Below are positions 30,630-41,216 of a stretch of DNA of 64,000 bases, piece by piece. Both the position numbers and the translations under genes were made by a program. Origin of the DNA: Gammaproteobacteria bacterium (GTDB lineage Bacteria; Pseudomonadota; Gammaproteobacteria; JABABF01; JAHRAO01); contig JAHRAO010000003.1 in NCBI GenBank assembly GCA_020027215.1, forward strand, positions 10,718 through 74,717, in the 5' to 3' direction. Each line of letters opens with the position of its first letter. Positions within the stretch are counted from its first letter, which is position 1. The notes beneath the pieces are model-generated. The model was not told where the DNA came from. It made no database searches and saw only the letters and a list, made by a program, of their open reading frames with translations.

Positions 30630-31349
30630 ATGACGCACTCTACCTTTGCCGCTGCCGCTCTTCAATTTAACCGTTCGCTCATCGGTATTGAGCAAAAGTT
30701 AGATTTACAATTACCGCCACAGTATCGCTTAATGAACCCATTTGCCACCGGTAAAGCACTTGATCTCAGTGCTGTGTTTTACCGTCAGTTTTACTCCGAT
30801 AATAAGAAACGCCATTTAATTTTAGGCATCAATCCCGGACGTCACGGCGCGGGGGTGACGGGTATTCCTTTTACCGACACGAAAAGAATGCGCGAAATCG
30901 GTATTGATCCACAAGATATTCGCACCTATGAAGTCTCCGCAGAGTTTATGAGTCAGTTAATGCATCAATACGGTGGAACAGAAAAATTTTATGCCGATTT
31001 TTACATTAATTCGCCTTCTCCTCTCGGATTATTACAGCAGAATAGTAAGGGCAATTGGATCAATGCAAATTACTACGACCACCGGACTTTGAGCGATGCT
31101 TTGTCGCCGCTCATCGCTTATGCAATTGATTACTATTGTCAAATGCCGATACACTGTTCAACCGTCTATGTATTGGGACAGGGGCAAAACTACAAATTCC
31201 TCACCCGCTGGAATACCCAGCATCCAACTTTTGATCGGGTGATCCCTCTCCCGCACCCGCGTTACGTTATGCAATATCAACATAAAAACATTGCGACTAT
31301 TACTCGCGAGTATTTAATGCAGTTACAGCGCAACAAAACCGGCGCCTAA
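30630..31349 (+). CDS. Uracil-DNA glycosylase superfamily protein (SMUG2 / DUF4918-like)
   Basis: ILGINPGR.GAG.TGIPFTD, E.SA.F, NANYYD, L.HPRY.MQY. Confidence 0.75.
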   Translation: MTHSTFAAAALQFNRSLIGIEQKLDLQLPPQYRLMNPFATGKALDLSAVFYRQFYSDNKKRHLILGINPGRHGAGVTGIPFTDTKRMREIGIDPQDIRTYEVSAEFMSQLMHQYGGTEKFYADFYINSPSPLGLLQQNSKGNWINANYYDHRTLSDALSPLIAYAIDYYCQMPIHCSTVYVLGQGQNYKFLTRWNTQHPTFDRVIPLPHPRYVMQYQHKNIATITREYLMQLQRNKTGA

Positions 31350-31373
31350 TCGTTTATAATACTCTGTGCTCCT

Positions 31374-32768
31374 ATGCCTAAGGTCTACATTCACACACAT
31401 GGTTGTCAGATGAACGATTACGATTCAACGCGTATGCGTGACTTACTGGCACAAAGTCACCATTGTATGGACGAGACCTATGACCCATACCAAGCAGACT
31501 TGCTTCTACTCAATACCTGCTCCATCCGTGAAAAAGCGCAAGAAAAAGTATTTGATCAACTCGGTCGGTGGCGTGTACTCAAAAAACAAAAGCCTTCAAT
31601 GATGATCGGTGTCGGTGGTTGTGTAGCGAGCCAAGAAGGGGAGGCAATTTATCAGCGCGCCAATTTTGTGGATATCATTTTCGGTCCGCAAACTCTCCAC
31701 CGCCTACCGCAGATGATTGATCGCGTTTACCACAATAGGCAAAAGCTGTCTTTTTCACCAGTAATCGATACTAGCTTTAATGAATTAGAAAAGTTTGATC
31801 TGCTACCTCCATCACAAGAAGATGGACCCAATGCACAAATATCCATTATGGAGGGGTGTAGTCAATACTGTTCATTTTGTATTGTTCCCTACACGCGCGG
31901 TGAAGAATTGAGTCGTCCACCCGAGAAAATTGTAGAAGAAGTTGAGCAATTATGTCAGCGTGGCGTGCGGGAAATTACCCTGCTCGGGCAAAATGTCAAC
32001 GCCTATATGGCAACCGATCGCCACAAGCACACGATTGATTTTGCCGATCTTTTATATATCCTCTGTGAAGTGAATGGTATACAACGCATTCGTTATACCA
32101 CCTCACACCCTGCACAATTTTCATCTGCACTGATTGATGCACACCGTGAATTACCCAAATTGGCCGAACACATTCACTTGCCGGTGCAAAGTGGATCGGA
32201 CGCTATTTTGACGCGCATGAAACGGGGTTATTGTGTGCAAGATTATAAAAATATTGTGCAACAACTTTATTCGGCACTACCGAATATCAGTTTATCATCC
32301 GATTTTATTATCGGCTTTCCCGGCGAAACCGAGCAGGACTTTGCCCAAACGATGGATCTGGTCAAAGAAATAAAGTTTGATTTTTCATTTAGTTTTCTTT
32401 ATAGTCCACGGCCCGGAACTCCGGCAGCAGAAATGTCAGATGAGACCCCGCACAAAATTAAAAAAGAACGCCTACAACTACTACAAAACACCTTACAAGA
32501 ACAAGCGCAGAATATTAGTCGGCGGATGGTTGGCAGCATTCAATCGGTTTTAGTGACTGGGCGATCAGCACGCAATGCACAACAATGGACCGGGCGGACA
32601 TCTAATAATCGGGTCGTCCATTTTGCCTCTTCCCGTAATTGCCGCGGGCGGTTTGCGAGTATACGTATTACCCAGTCAATGCCCCACTCTTTGCGCGGTG
32701 AATGCATTGCGATGGACATTCCCCCACCGACTCATCATCGCCAACAGGTTATTTGTGCAAGCTCTTAA
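31374..32768 (+). CDS. miaB: tRNA i6A37 methylthiotransferase
   Basis: GCQMN.YDS, NTCSIREKAQEK, CSQYCSFC radical SAM motif, YSPRPGTPA, TRAM domain. Confidence 0.95.
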   Translation: MPKVYIHTHGCQMNDYDSTRMRDLLAQSHHCMDETYDPYQADLLLLNTCSIREKAQEKVFDQLGRWRVLKKQKPSMMIGVGGCVASQEGEAIYQRANFVDIIFGPQTLHRLPQMIDRVYHNRQKLSFSPVIDTSFNELEKFDLLPPSQEDGPNAQISIMEGCSQYCSFCIVPYTRGEELSRPPEKIVEEVEQLCQRGVREITLLGQNVNAYMATDRHKHTIDFADLLYILCEVNGIQRIRYTTSHPAQFSSALIDAHRELPKLAEHIHLPVQSGSDAILTRMKRGYCVQDYKNIVQQLYSALPNISLSSDFIIGFPGETEQDFAQTMDLVKEIKFDFSFSFLYSPRPGTPAAEMSDETPHKIKKERLQLLQNTLQEQAQNISRRMVGSIQSVLVTGRSARNAQQWTGRTSNNRVVHFASSRNCRGRFASIRITQSMPHSLRGECIAMDIPPPTHHRQQVICASS

Positions 32769-33022
32769 ACAGCGTGCTTTTTAGATAAAGCATGCATCTT
32801 GAGCAATAGTTCGGCGGGCGTCTCATGGTATTGTGGATCTTGAGGAATACAATCCACTGGGCACAGCATACGGCATTGCGGTTCGTCAAAATGCCCGACA
32901 CACTCCGTACATAAATTGGGATCAATGCGATAGTGCGTTTCACCCATATCAATGGCATGATTAGGACAAACCGGCTGGCAGACATCACAGTTGATACATT
33001 GATCGGTGATTTTCAGCGCCAT
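32765..33022 (-). CDS. YfhL-family 4Fe-4S dicluster ferredoxin
   Basis: CINCDVC..VCPN, CTECVGHFDEPQC...CPVDCI. Confidence 0.9.
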   Translation of the reverse strand: MALKITDQCINCDVCQPVCPNHAIDMGETHYRIDPNLCTECVGHFDEPQCRMLCPVDCIPQDPQYHETPAELLLKMHALSKKHAV

Positions 33023-33028
33023 CGCGAT

Positions 33029-33508
33029 CTATGCGGGGTATTTTGCGCGCAATGCGCGGCTGACCGCTGGCGGCACAAAAGTGTGAGTATCGCCCTGTAA
33101 AGAAGCAATTTCTTTTACTAACGATGAAGAGATATAGCCATGTTTTTCATCGGTGGGGAGAAAAATAGTTTCCATTTTGGGTTCAATTGCCTTATTCATA
33201 TTGGATAATTGAAATTCGTATTCAAAATCCGACACCACTCTCAAACCACGGAGCACGGTATAGATCCCATTCTCACGCATAAAATGGGTGAGGAGCATTT
33301 GCAAGCCGACCACTTTAATATGTGTTAAATGACGCAACGATTGCTCAAGCAAGGCGATCCGCTCATCCAAATTGAACAAGGGCATTTTTTTTTCGTTGCG
33401 CGCGACCGCAATCACCACTTGATCAAATAAAGCAGCTGCGCGCTCTACAATATTGACATGTCCATTAGTAACCGGATCAAATGTTCCAGGATATATCACT
33501 TGTACCAT
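33029..33508 (-). CDS. coaD: Pantetheine-phosphate adenylyltransferase
   Basis: YPGTFDPVTNGH, RGLR.VSDFEYE, ISSSLVKE. Confidence 0.96.
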   Translation of the reverse strand: MVQVIYPGTFDPVTNGHVNIVERAAALFDQVVIAVARNEKKMPLFNLDERIALLEQSLRHLTHIKVVGLQMLLTHFMRENGIYTVLRGLRVVSDFEYEFQLSNMNKAIEPKMETIFLPTDEKHGYISSSLVKEIASLQGDTHTFVPPAVSRALRAKYPA

Positions 33509-34089
33509 CAGCTAAACCCTATCATCATTATACCCGGCAAACTACTCGCCATTGCTAAATGATTCAAAATGATACGCAAGATGTAGATGCAAACAAACCC
33601 CAATATAGGGGAAAAATCTAAAGCGCCAAAGGAAGGGATGAGTCGACGGCATTGATTGAATATGGGTGCGGTCAATTGCGCAACTAAAAGTAATGCGGGG
33701 TGTCGATGTCCCGGTAATAGCCAACTACTCACAATGACAATCAACATGGCAAAAAAGTAAATTTCTAATATCACCGAAGCGACCCCTAAACAGGACCAAA
33801 TAAAAATAGTGCCAAGTGGTGCGGTCATATTAAATACAGGAGCAATGAGCATAGCCACTAGTCCTTCAACAAGGATTGCCGCCAGCAAAGCACTCAAATT
33901 AATATTAAAAAGATCGGGTAAAATGACCTGCAAAGGACGCAGAATAGGATGGGTGAAGCGCAGAATAGATTGGGCAATGGGATTTGTACTATCCGCACCC
34001 GCCAGTTGCAACAGAAAGTGCATCAAGAGAGCCAGTAGGAGCACTCCTCCCACAACCTCAATTAACACTAAAAAAATATCAGTTGCCAT
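33508..34089 (-). CDS. yggT: YggT family membrane protein
   Basis: Two YGGT repeats (NP..Q.I...T.P, LDFSP); follows proC. Confidence 0.85.
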   Translation of the reverse strand: MATDIFLVLIEVVGGVLLLALLMHFLLQLAGADSTNPIAQSILRFTHPILRPLQVILPDLFNINLSALLAAILVEGLVAMLIAPVFNMTAPLGTIFIWSCLGVASVILEIYFFAMLIVIVSSWLLPGHRHPALLLVAQLTAPIFNQCRRLIPSFGALDFSPILGFVCIYILRIILNHLAMASSLPGIMMIGFS

Positions 34090-34931
34090 TATGATGTAGA
34101 GAATTGGCGGGCGCGACGGTAAGCGCGGGTCAATGCCTCGGCAAATAGATTGCGCCCATTGCCTTCCTCTAAATACTGTATTGCGTGCTCGGTCGTTCCA
34201 CGCACAGAAGTGACGTTACGGCGTAAAGTGCCGAGATCCATCTCGCTATTGCGCGCCAATGTAGCGGCGCCAAAAACGGTTTGCACAATCAACTGTTCCG
34301 CTAACGAATGGGGTAACCCATTGGCGACAGCAGCGTCACGTAAAACTTCTGCTAACCAAAAAAAATATGCTGGGCCGCTACCCGATAAAGCAGTCGCTAA
34401 ATCAACCTGCATTTCATCGGATACCCAATACGACCGACCAATCGCACTCAATAGTGTTTCTAGGTGCTGTTTTTTCCGTTCATCTAACACATTATTCGCC
34501 ATCACCACAGAGGTCGATTGGCATATTTGTGCCGCAATATTCGGCATCACGCGCACCAACGCAGTGGGTAGAGGCAACCATTCTTGCAATTGACTTAAAG
34601 TGATCCCTGCGATGAATGAAATGACTACTGGAGGAGTGTTGTGTGTCGATGATAATACAGACGCAACACGAGAGGCTACTGTATGGGCGAGCGCTGGCTT
34701 GACTGCCAAAACGATATAGTGTGCATCTGTGACCGCCGAAACATAGTCGGTCGTCACCGGCAACTGAGTCATAGCACAGGGTAGCATACGCTGGCGCGTA
34801 GCGACTATACGAAAATAGTGCTCATCTATTCCTGCACGCAATAACCCGCCGAGAACGGCCTGCGCTATATTTCCCGCACCAATAAAAGTGATAGGGGCAT
34901 TCCAATTGGTCACATTTATTTCCGCCATCAA
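34089..34931 (-). CDS. proC: Pyrroline-5-carboxylate reductase
   Basis: FIGAGN, LAVKP, RVMPN, SGSGPAY, VTS..GTT. Confidence 0.93.
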   Translation of the reverse strand: MMAEINVTNWNAPITFIGAGNIAQAVLGGLLRAGIDEHYFRIVATRQRMLPCAMTQLPVTTDYVSAVTDAHYIVLAVKPALAHTVASRVASVLSSTHNTPPVVISFIAGITLSQLQEWLPLPTALVRVMPNIAAQICQSTSVVMANNVLDERKKQHLETLLSAIGRSYWVSDEMQVDLATALSGSGPAYFFWLAEVLRDAAVANGLPHSLAEQLIVQTVFGAATLARNSEMDLGTLRRNVTSVRGTTEHAIQYLEEGNGRNLFAEALTRAYRRARQFSTS

Positions 34932-35016
34932 CTTACTCGGTTCAACATATCATTTTTTATTGAGTTTCCATCCGCCTCATATTGCTCTAATGTCGCACTC
35001 TTTTTAAGCGGTGCCA

Positions 35017-35928
35017 TTAAGAAAATACTCGCCGGGGGGTTAATTTATTGCCTTCCAGCACTTCACCGACTCCGATAAAACGATCATTTGGCGTGAAGAC
35101 GGTCACCCAACGCCAAGGACAATATGGGTATTGTATCGCTTGCCCGCGGCAAAAATAATAGCTATTTGTATTCTCTAAAGTAATGCGCGGTAAATGAGAT
35201 ACCGCACTACTCATCGGTAGAAGTAATTTATCTAATAAAGACAGCGCATTATTAGCGCTTAAGTCGGTCAATTGTTGCATTGTAATGCTCTGCTCATCGC
35301 TATAATTACCAGCCATAGTCCGATGAAGGCGTAAAACACAGCCGCCGCAAGATAATGTCGTGCCAATGTCTTCAGCAAGGGTGCGAATATAGGTCCCCTT
35401 ACTGCATTTGATATCCACGGTAATCTGCCCAGATGCGGGCACAGCAAAATCAACCAACGCGATATCGTAGATGGTGACGGTGCGCATCGGGCGCTCAACG
35501 GTAATACCTTGTCGTGCTAATTTATATAAAGGTTGTCCGCGATACTTGATTGCTGAATACATGGGGGGGATCTGCCGAATGTCGCCAATAAAATTGCGCA
35601 ATACCTTGCGTAATTGTGGCAAGGTGACTTGTGAATAGTCGCGTTGCTCAACAATGGTGCCATCAATATCTCCTGTAGTCGTTGTGGTCCCCAGTTGAAA
35701 GACACAGCGATATTGCTTATCAGCATTGAGCACATATTGCACCAATTTAGTCGCTTTGCCAAAACACAAGGGCAACACTCCAGTCGCTAAGGGGTCTAAA
35801 TTTCCTGTATGCCCCGCTTTAGTTGCAGAGAATATTTTTTTAACCCTTTGTAATGCTTGATTGGACCCCATCCCTTGCGGTTTATTCAACACTAAAATTC
35901 CATCCACGGTACGGCGATTCATAGGCAC
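35017..35928 (-). CDS. truB: tRNA pseudouridine(55) synthase
   Basis: KAGHTG.LDPLATG, PPMYSAIK..G, CSKGTYIRTL. Confidence 0.95.
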   Translation of the reverse strand: MPMNRRTVDGILVLNKPQGMGSNQALQRVKKIFSATKAGHTGNLDPLATGVLPLCFGKATKLVQYVLNADKQYRCVFQLGTTTTTGDIDGTIVEQRDYSQVTLPQLRKVLRNFIGDIRQIPPMYSAIKYRGQPLYKLARQGITVERPMRTVTIYDIALVDFAVPASGQITVDIKCSKGTYIRTLAEDIGTTLSCGGCVLRLHRTMAGNYSDEQSITMQQLTDLSANNALSLLDKLLLPMSSAVSHLPRITLENTNSYYFCRGQAIQYPYCPWRWVTVFTPNDRFIGVGEVLEGNKLTPRRVFS

Positions 35929-35981
35929 TATGCGTTGAGAAATACGGAATCGGAGAGAATATCAATCAACTGGCAGTTTAT

Positions 35982-36335
35982 TCATGAATTAAATAAACGA
36001 TACCGATTTATTGCGTGCGGATCGTAAATAAAACGCAATTTTGGGGTGACGCGCATATTCAAGTTATGTGCCAAGCATTTACGCAAGAACCCGCCCGCTC
36101 GTTGTATACAGCGAATAATCTGTGCGGGTTCGTCCGCCGATGGGTGCGCATCTAAATGCTGCGGTGTAAAATAATTAACATAAACTGTGGCAGTCGCACA
36201 ATCACGGCTCAAGCGTACGCCGACAACACTGACTCCAGTTAATTTTGGATTGCGCAATTTATGACACAATAAAATATTGAGTTCACGAACCAAGCGATCC
36301 GCTAAACGTGTCACGCGATCGTATTCTGCAGGCAT
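35982..36335 (-). CDS. rbfA: Ribosome-binding factor A (divergent)
   Basis: R..RLAD...REL, V.LSRD...A.VY, L.MR.TPKL.F.YD; lies between infB and truB. Start moved to 36335. Confidence 0.85.
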   Translation of the reverse strand: MPAEYDRVTRLADRLVRELNILLCHKLRNPKLTGVSVVGVRLSRDCATATVYVNYFTPQHLDAHPSADEPAQIIRCIQRAGGFLRKCLAHNLNMRVTPKLRFIYDPHAINRYRLFNS

Positions 36336-36343
36336 AGAAAAAA

Positions 36344-38908
36344 TTAGCGAATTTTTTGTTCCACCATTTCGTAAATTTCTATATGATCTCCTACCATTAT
36401 ATCCGTATATTTTTTCATCCCAATGCCACATTCCTTACCACTGCTCACATTATTGACATCCGCCTTAAATTGACGCAATGATTCCAACTCACCATCGAAA
36501 ACAATTTTGTCGTCGCGACGCACGCGTGCCAATTTATTTTTCAGAATACTTCCTTCACGGACAAAGCAACCGGCAATAGCGCCAAACGAAGATGAACGAA
36601 ATACCTCACGCACTTCGGCAATTCCTAATAACAGTTCTTTCTTTTTGACGGGGGTTATCCCGATTAGTTTTTCTTGCACACTCTCTAATAATTCATAAAT
36701 TAAATTGTAGTGCGCAACTTCTACTTTATGCTTTATCGCTAATTTATTCGCCGCAGTATCCGGTTGCACATTAAATCCGATGACCAGGGCATTCATTGTT
36801 GTCGCTAGTTGAATGTCCGATTCAGTGATGGCGCCTACGCCGGACAACACTATATCTACGGCGGCTTCTTCGGTATTCATTTGGGTCAAAGATTGTTGGA
36901 TCGCTTCCACAGATCCGCGATTGTCTGTGCGCAAAAGTATATTCATCTTGCGTTTTTTGTCGGCAGCCTCACTATGAAATATATCATCCACTGACAACTG
37001 CGCTGTGCTACGCCCTGCTTGTATTGCTGCGTCTTTGCGACTTTGTGCTATTCTACGCACTTGTTGCTCGTCATTCAACACGACAAATTGATCACCTGCC
37101 ACTGGGGGATTATTCAATCCTAATATCTCAACAGGTATTGACAAACCAGCACGATCTATTGTTGTGCCTACATCGTTGCGTAACGCACGGACTTTTCCAT
37201 ATTCCTGCCCGACTAAAATCATATCACCTTTTTTCAAGCATCCTTGTTGAACCAATGCGCTGACAATAGGCCCCCTATGCGTATCCAACCCAGATTCAAT
37301 GATGACACCTTGTGCACTGACATCTTGGTACCCCTTTAATTCTAATAATTCGGCTTGCAGCAAGATGGCATCCAATAAAGCGTCTACGCCATCGCCTGTT
37401 TTAGCGGACAAGTTGACAAATAACACATCGCCGCCCCATTCTTCACACACAATATTTTTTGCGGACATTTGCTTACGAATATTTTCTGGATCAGCGTCTG
37501 GTTTGTCTATTTTATTCACCGCCACAATCATCGGAACTTGCGCCGCTTGAATATGTTGTATGGCTTCTTCGGTTTGCGGCATCACCCCATCGTCAGCGGC
37601 AACAACTAACACCACAATATCGGTGACCTGTGCGCCACGTGCGCGCATTGCAGTAAATGAGTGATGTCCTGGGGTATCTAAAAATGTAATCTGTCCTTTA
37701 TCCGTGTGAATAAAATATGCACCAATACTTTGGGTGATGCCACCTGCTTCTTGCTCAGTCAAATTTTGGTGACAAATACTATCTAAAAGTGATGTTTTTC
37801 CGTGATCCACATGCCCCATAATAGCAACCACCGGTGGACGCGGCACGGCAACTTTTCCCGCCATGTTTTTTTCCAATGCTGCTTCTATATCCTCTCCCGG
37901 TGTGGGAACTGGGCGCAATTTAGCTTTGTGACCAAATTCCTCTACAATGACCGCAGCAATTTTTGCCTCAATGCTTTGATGAACGTCTACTGTTTCTCCT
38001 AAATTGGTGAGCAATGTAACAATTTTCTTGGTTTTCACCGACAAGAGTTGTGCTAAATCGGAAACCATAATAGTAGGCGGCAAGATAATTTCGTTACTCA
38101 CTTTCCCCGTGGGGCGCACAAAAGCATGGCGTGCAAATTTGGATGGCACTTCTATGGGGTTTTGTTTAGTTTTTGATGCCGCCGTCACTGGTTGGACGAC
38201 ATTATTATTTCCATGCGCATACATACTCCACGAGGTGCGATGCGATGAGTCACCTGCCCCATAGTCATCGGTGCTCCGATAAGTGGAGCGCTTGCCCGTT
38301 TTGGGTTTTGGTTTTTTATCGCTGGGAACGGGTGGCGGCGGTCGTTTTAGTTTTTTGTCTCCCTCTTTTTTTGTACTTGTTGTTATTTCGGCCGCTGTCG
38401 GTTTAGGCGGTGCATCGGTATCCTTTTTGACCGGAGGTTGGGCTGTTCTTTTTGTTATCGGTTTCTTTTCGGCAGGCGGAGCAGTCGGTTCAGTTGCGGC
38501 CTGCTTTTTAGGTTGGTCGGTTGGTTTGACGCGTTTAGATTTCTGCGTACTGGCTTTTGATTTTTCATGTGCAGCCACATTCTCTGGTGGTGGTGTAATA
38601 TCAGGTGGCGAAGTTGTCGATGGCGGTAAAGAGGAGTAGGTATGACGTTTGCGAGTTTCCACCTGGATAGATTTGTGCGTGCCAGCGGCTTTAAGTTTGC
38701 TGGTAGTCGTCCGATTTAATACAACTTGCTCGGTAGATTTATTTTCGCTCCGCTGCCTGCGCATAGCGAGCAAAAGTTTCTTTTTATCTTTTTCAGTGAC
38801 TTCGTCGTCGATGCCTTTATGAGGGAAATCATGTTTGCGCATGGTATCCAGTAAATCATCTGGATTAATACCAATCGTCTTGGCGAGTTTTGCTATGGTG
38901 GTATTCAT
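36344..38908 (-). CDS. infB: Translation initiation factor IF-2
   Basis: [34 protein letters not shown]. Confidence 0.97.
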   Translation of the reverse strand: MNTTIAKLAKTIGINPDDLLDTMRKHDFPHKGIDDEVTEKDKKKLLLAMRRQRSENKSTEQVVLNRTTTSKLKAAGTHKSIQVETRKRHTYSSLPPSTTSPPDITPPPENVAAHEKSKASTQKSKRVKPTDQPKKQAATEPTAPPAEKKPITKRTAQPPVKKDTDAPPKPTAAEITTSTKKEGDKKLKRPPPPVPSDKKPKPKTGKRSTYRSTDDYGAGDSSHRTSWSMYAHGNNNVVQPVTAASKTKQNPIEVPSKFARHAFVRPTGKVSNEIILPPTIMVSDLAQLLSVKTKKIVTLLTNLGETVDVHQSIEAKIAAVIVEEFGHKAKLRPVPTPGEDIEAALEKNMAGKVAVPRPPVVAIMGHVDHGKTSLLDSICHQNLTEQEAGGITQSIGAYFIHTDKGQITFLDTPGHHSFTAMRARGAQVTDIVVLVVAADDGVMPQTEEAIQHIQAAQVPMIVAVNKIDKPDADPENIRKQMSAKNIVCEEWGGDVLFVNLSAKTGDGVDALLDAILLQAELLELKGYQDVSAQGVIIESGLDTHRGPIVSALVQQGCLKKGDMILVGQEYGKVRALRNDVGTTIDRAGLSIPVEILGLNNPPVAGDQFVVLNDEQQVRRIAQSRKDAAIQAGRSTAQLSVDDIFHSEAADKKRKMNILLRTDNRGSVEAIQQSLTQMNTEEAAVDIVLSGVGAITESDIQLATTMNALVIGFNVQPDTAANKLAIKHKVEVAHYNLIYELLESVQEKLIGITPVKKKELLLGIAEVREVFRSSSFGAIAGCFVREGSILKNKLARVRRDDKIVFDGELESLRQFKADVNNVSSGKECGIGMKKYTDIMVGDHIEIYEMVEQKIR

Positions 38909-38935
38909 GCTCTTTTCTACTTTAACGCATATACG

Positions 38936-40453
38936 CTATGCAGGCTGCTCTTCATTCCATATTTTGCGGGCAGTCATAATCAGCTGTCCCAATTGGGCTT
39001 CATCTAAATCCAACTGAGTCAGATCCATATCTCCAATAGCCTGATCAGCCAGATCTGCACGCGTGACTACTCCTTGCGCCGCTAATTTATGTGCAACATC
39101 CATACTCATCCCTTCCATAGTCAACAAATCATCTGCTGGTTGCTCTTCGCCAGAAAATTCCAAACGCAACAAAGCATCTTCTGCTTTACTGCGTAACTCC
39201 TCTGCCAATTGCCGATCAATGCCCTCAATGGCGGTAATATCATCTAATGGAATATAAAGCATTTCTTCTATGGAACGAATGTCATTATTCACTAATAATT
39301 GTGCGATGGGTTGTTCAATCTGTAAATATTCCACTAATTTATCGCGCGCAACATTAAGTGCCACATCTTTCTTTTCCTGTGCTTCATCTTTACCCATCAA
39401 GCGAATCGTCCATCCGGTTAAATCAATCGCCAACTTCACATTCTGTCCGTTACGACCAATTGCGGTGGGTAAATTATCTTCGGCAATAATCACATCCATA
39501 GAATGTGTTTCTTCGTTGAGGACAATAGAATCCACTTCAGCAGGGGTGAGCGCATTGATGACAAATTGCACGGGGTTTTCATCCCACAATATAATGTCAA
39601 TGCGTTCACTCGCCAATTCATTTGAAATAGCTTGCACGCGCGAACCACGCATACCGATGCACGCACCGACTGGATCTAATCGCCCATCATTTGTTTTCAC
39701 TGCAATTTTAGTGCGATATCCCGGATCGCGCGCCACACCGCGAATTTGAATAGTCTGTTCAGCAATTTCTGGCACCTCAATTGTAAACATTTCACTCACC
39801 ATTTCATTACAGATGCGACTCAATAATAACTGCGGGTGTCTATCTTCTTGTTCACTCATTTGCAATACAGCGCGAATACGATTACCCACACGAAATATTT
39901 CATTGCCAATGAGTTCACTGCGCGGCAAAAAAGCTTCGGTATCTCCCAGGTCCACTATCAAATGATTGCGTGTGACCCGTTGCACAATCCCGCTTAACAA
40001 TTTACCTTGACGCTGTGCGTATTCCGCTATAATTTTTGCTTGTTCGGCTTCGTTGATTTTTTGCACTAACACCTGACGGGCAAGTTGTGTTTCGGTGCGC
40101 CCAAACGGTATATTGTCTACTTTTTCGCGATACACATCACCGACACACAAACCGGCATCTTTTTCATGGGCTTCGGCTGTCGTCAGGTGTATACCCTCTT
40201 CTATTTCGTCATCATCAGCAACGACCAACCAACGGCGAAAAGTTTCATAAGTGCCCGTAGTGCGATCAATTGCAATATCTATGTCTACGGGGGTAGATGT
40301 TGCCTTGGATACCTGCCGGTCTGTGTATTGATATTTATAGTAGTATCGCTGTGTTGCCAATGCTAAAGCATCTTCAACTGCTTGATAAATTACCTCTAAT
40401 GGCACATTTTTTTCATTAGACAATGTCGTTGCAATTTGTAATATCTCTTTCAT
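38936..40453 (-). CDS. nusA: Transcription termination/antitermination factor NusA
   Basis: EVPEI, ARDPG.R.KIAV, DPVGACIGMRGSRV, AIGRNGQNV. Confidence 0.96.
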   Translation of the reverse strand: MKEILQIATTLSNEKNVPLEVIYQAVEDALALATQRYYYKYQYTDRQVSKATSTPVDIDIAIDRTTGTYETFRRWLVVADDDEIEEGIHLTTAEAHEKDAGLCVGDVYREKVDNIPFGRTETQLARQVLVQKINEAEQAKIIAEYAQRQGKLLSGIVQRVTRNHLIVDLGDTEAFLPRSELIGNEIFRVGNRIRAVLQMSEQEDRHPQLLLSRICNEMVSEMFTIEVPEIAEQTIQIRGVARDPGYRTKIAVKTNDGRLDPVGACIGMRGSRVQAISNELASERIDIILWDENPVQFVINALTPAEVDSIVLNEETHSMDVIIAEDNLPTAIGRNGQNVKLAIDLTGWTIRLMGKDEAQEKKDVALNVARDKLVEYLQIEQPIAQLLVNNDIRSIEEMLYIPLDDITAIEGIDRQLAEELRSKAEDALLRLEFSGEEQPADDLLTMEGMSMDVAHKLAAQGVVTRADLADQAIGDMDLTQLDLDEAQLGQLIMTARKIWNEEQPA

Positions 40454-40463
40454 AATTGATCAC

Positions 40464-40943
40464 TTACTTATTTTTTACATTACCACAAAGATGTATGCGT
40501 TTAATTGCTGTAAATGGCACACGATATATTTCACCTTTCATATCCAATCCAATCCCATCTGTAGTCTTTTCCGCTAACCTTCCGGTAAAATTATGCTGTC
40601 CATTTAGTGCAGTGTTTGAATACAATTTAACCTTCTCTCCTAAATAATCATTCAGCTGCTCTGGGGAGAATAAACGTCTATTCACACCAGGCGAAGAAAC
40701 CTCCAACAGGCGATAATCACCCAACACATCCGTGCGCATATTCAGCATTGCCGTCATTTGGCGATTGACTCGCATACAATCTTCTATGCTGACTCCTTCC
40801 TGTTTATCAATATAAATGCGCAATATTTGCTGAGCCCCTCGCCCTGTGCATTCTATGCCCCACAGACGATAACCGAGTCCAGCGACGACACTGTCAATTA
40901 AACGCTCTGAATCTGCGCTCATATTGTGGTGCGTCCACATCAT
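40464..40943 (-). CDS. rimP: Ribosome maturation factor RimP
   Basis: LRIYID...GV..EDC, LEVSSPG; upstream of nusA. Exact start uncertain. Confidence 0.92.
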   Translation of the reverse strand: MMWTHHNMSADSERLIDSVVAGLGYRLWGIECTGRGAQQILRIYIDKQEGVSIEDCMRVNRQMTAMLNMRTDVLGDYRLLEVSSPGVNRRLFSPEQLNDYLGEKVKLYSNTALNGQHNFTGRLAEKTTDGIGLDMKGEIYRVPFTAIKRIHLCGNVKNK

Positions 40944-41042
40944 TCCTCACTCTTTTTCATCAGACAACAAAATAGCCGTGGGCACCTATCGCCTAGTTTT
41001 TACTACATTACTATTAAAAATAGCCCGATAATCCGTCGCCAG

Positions 41043-41119
<77 letters not shown>

Positions 41120-41216
41120 TCATTCTTGCCAAGGTGTCTATTATACACCACAATTGAATACCATTGAGCCCGTATCCATTACCGATAAATGTAATATACA
41201 TGCCCAACACAATGAG

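Noticed and set aside
38170..38640. Pro/Lys/Thr-rich low-complexity stretch in infB and antisense ORFs over it
   Set aside because: The IF-2 N-terminal linker is normally variable and low-complexity; the antisense ORFs are shadows.
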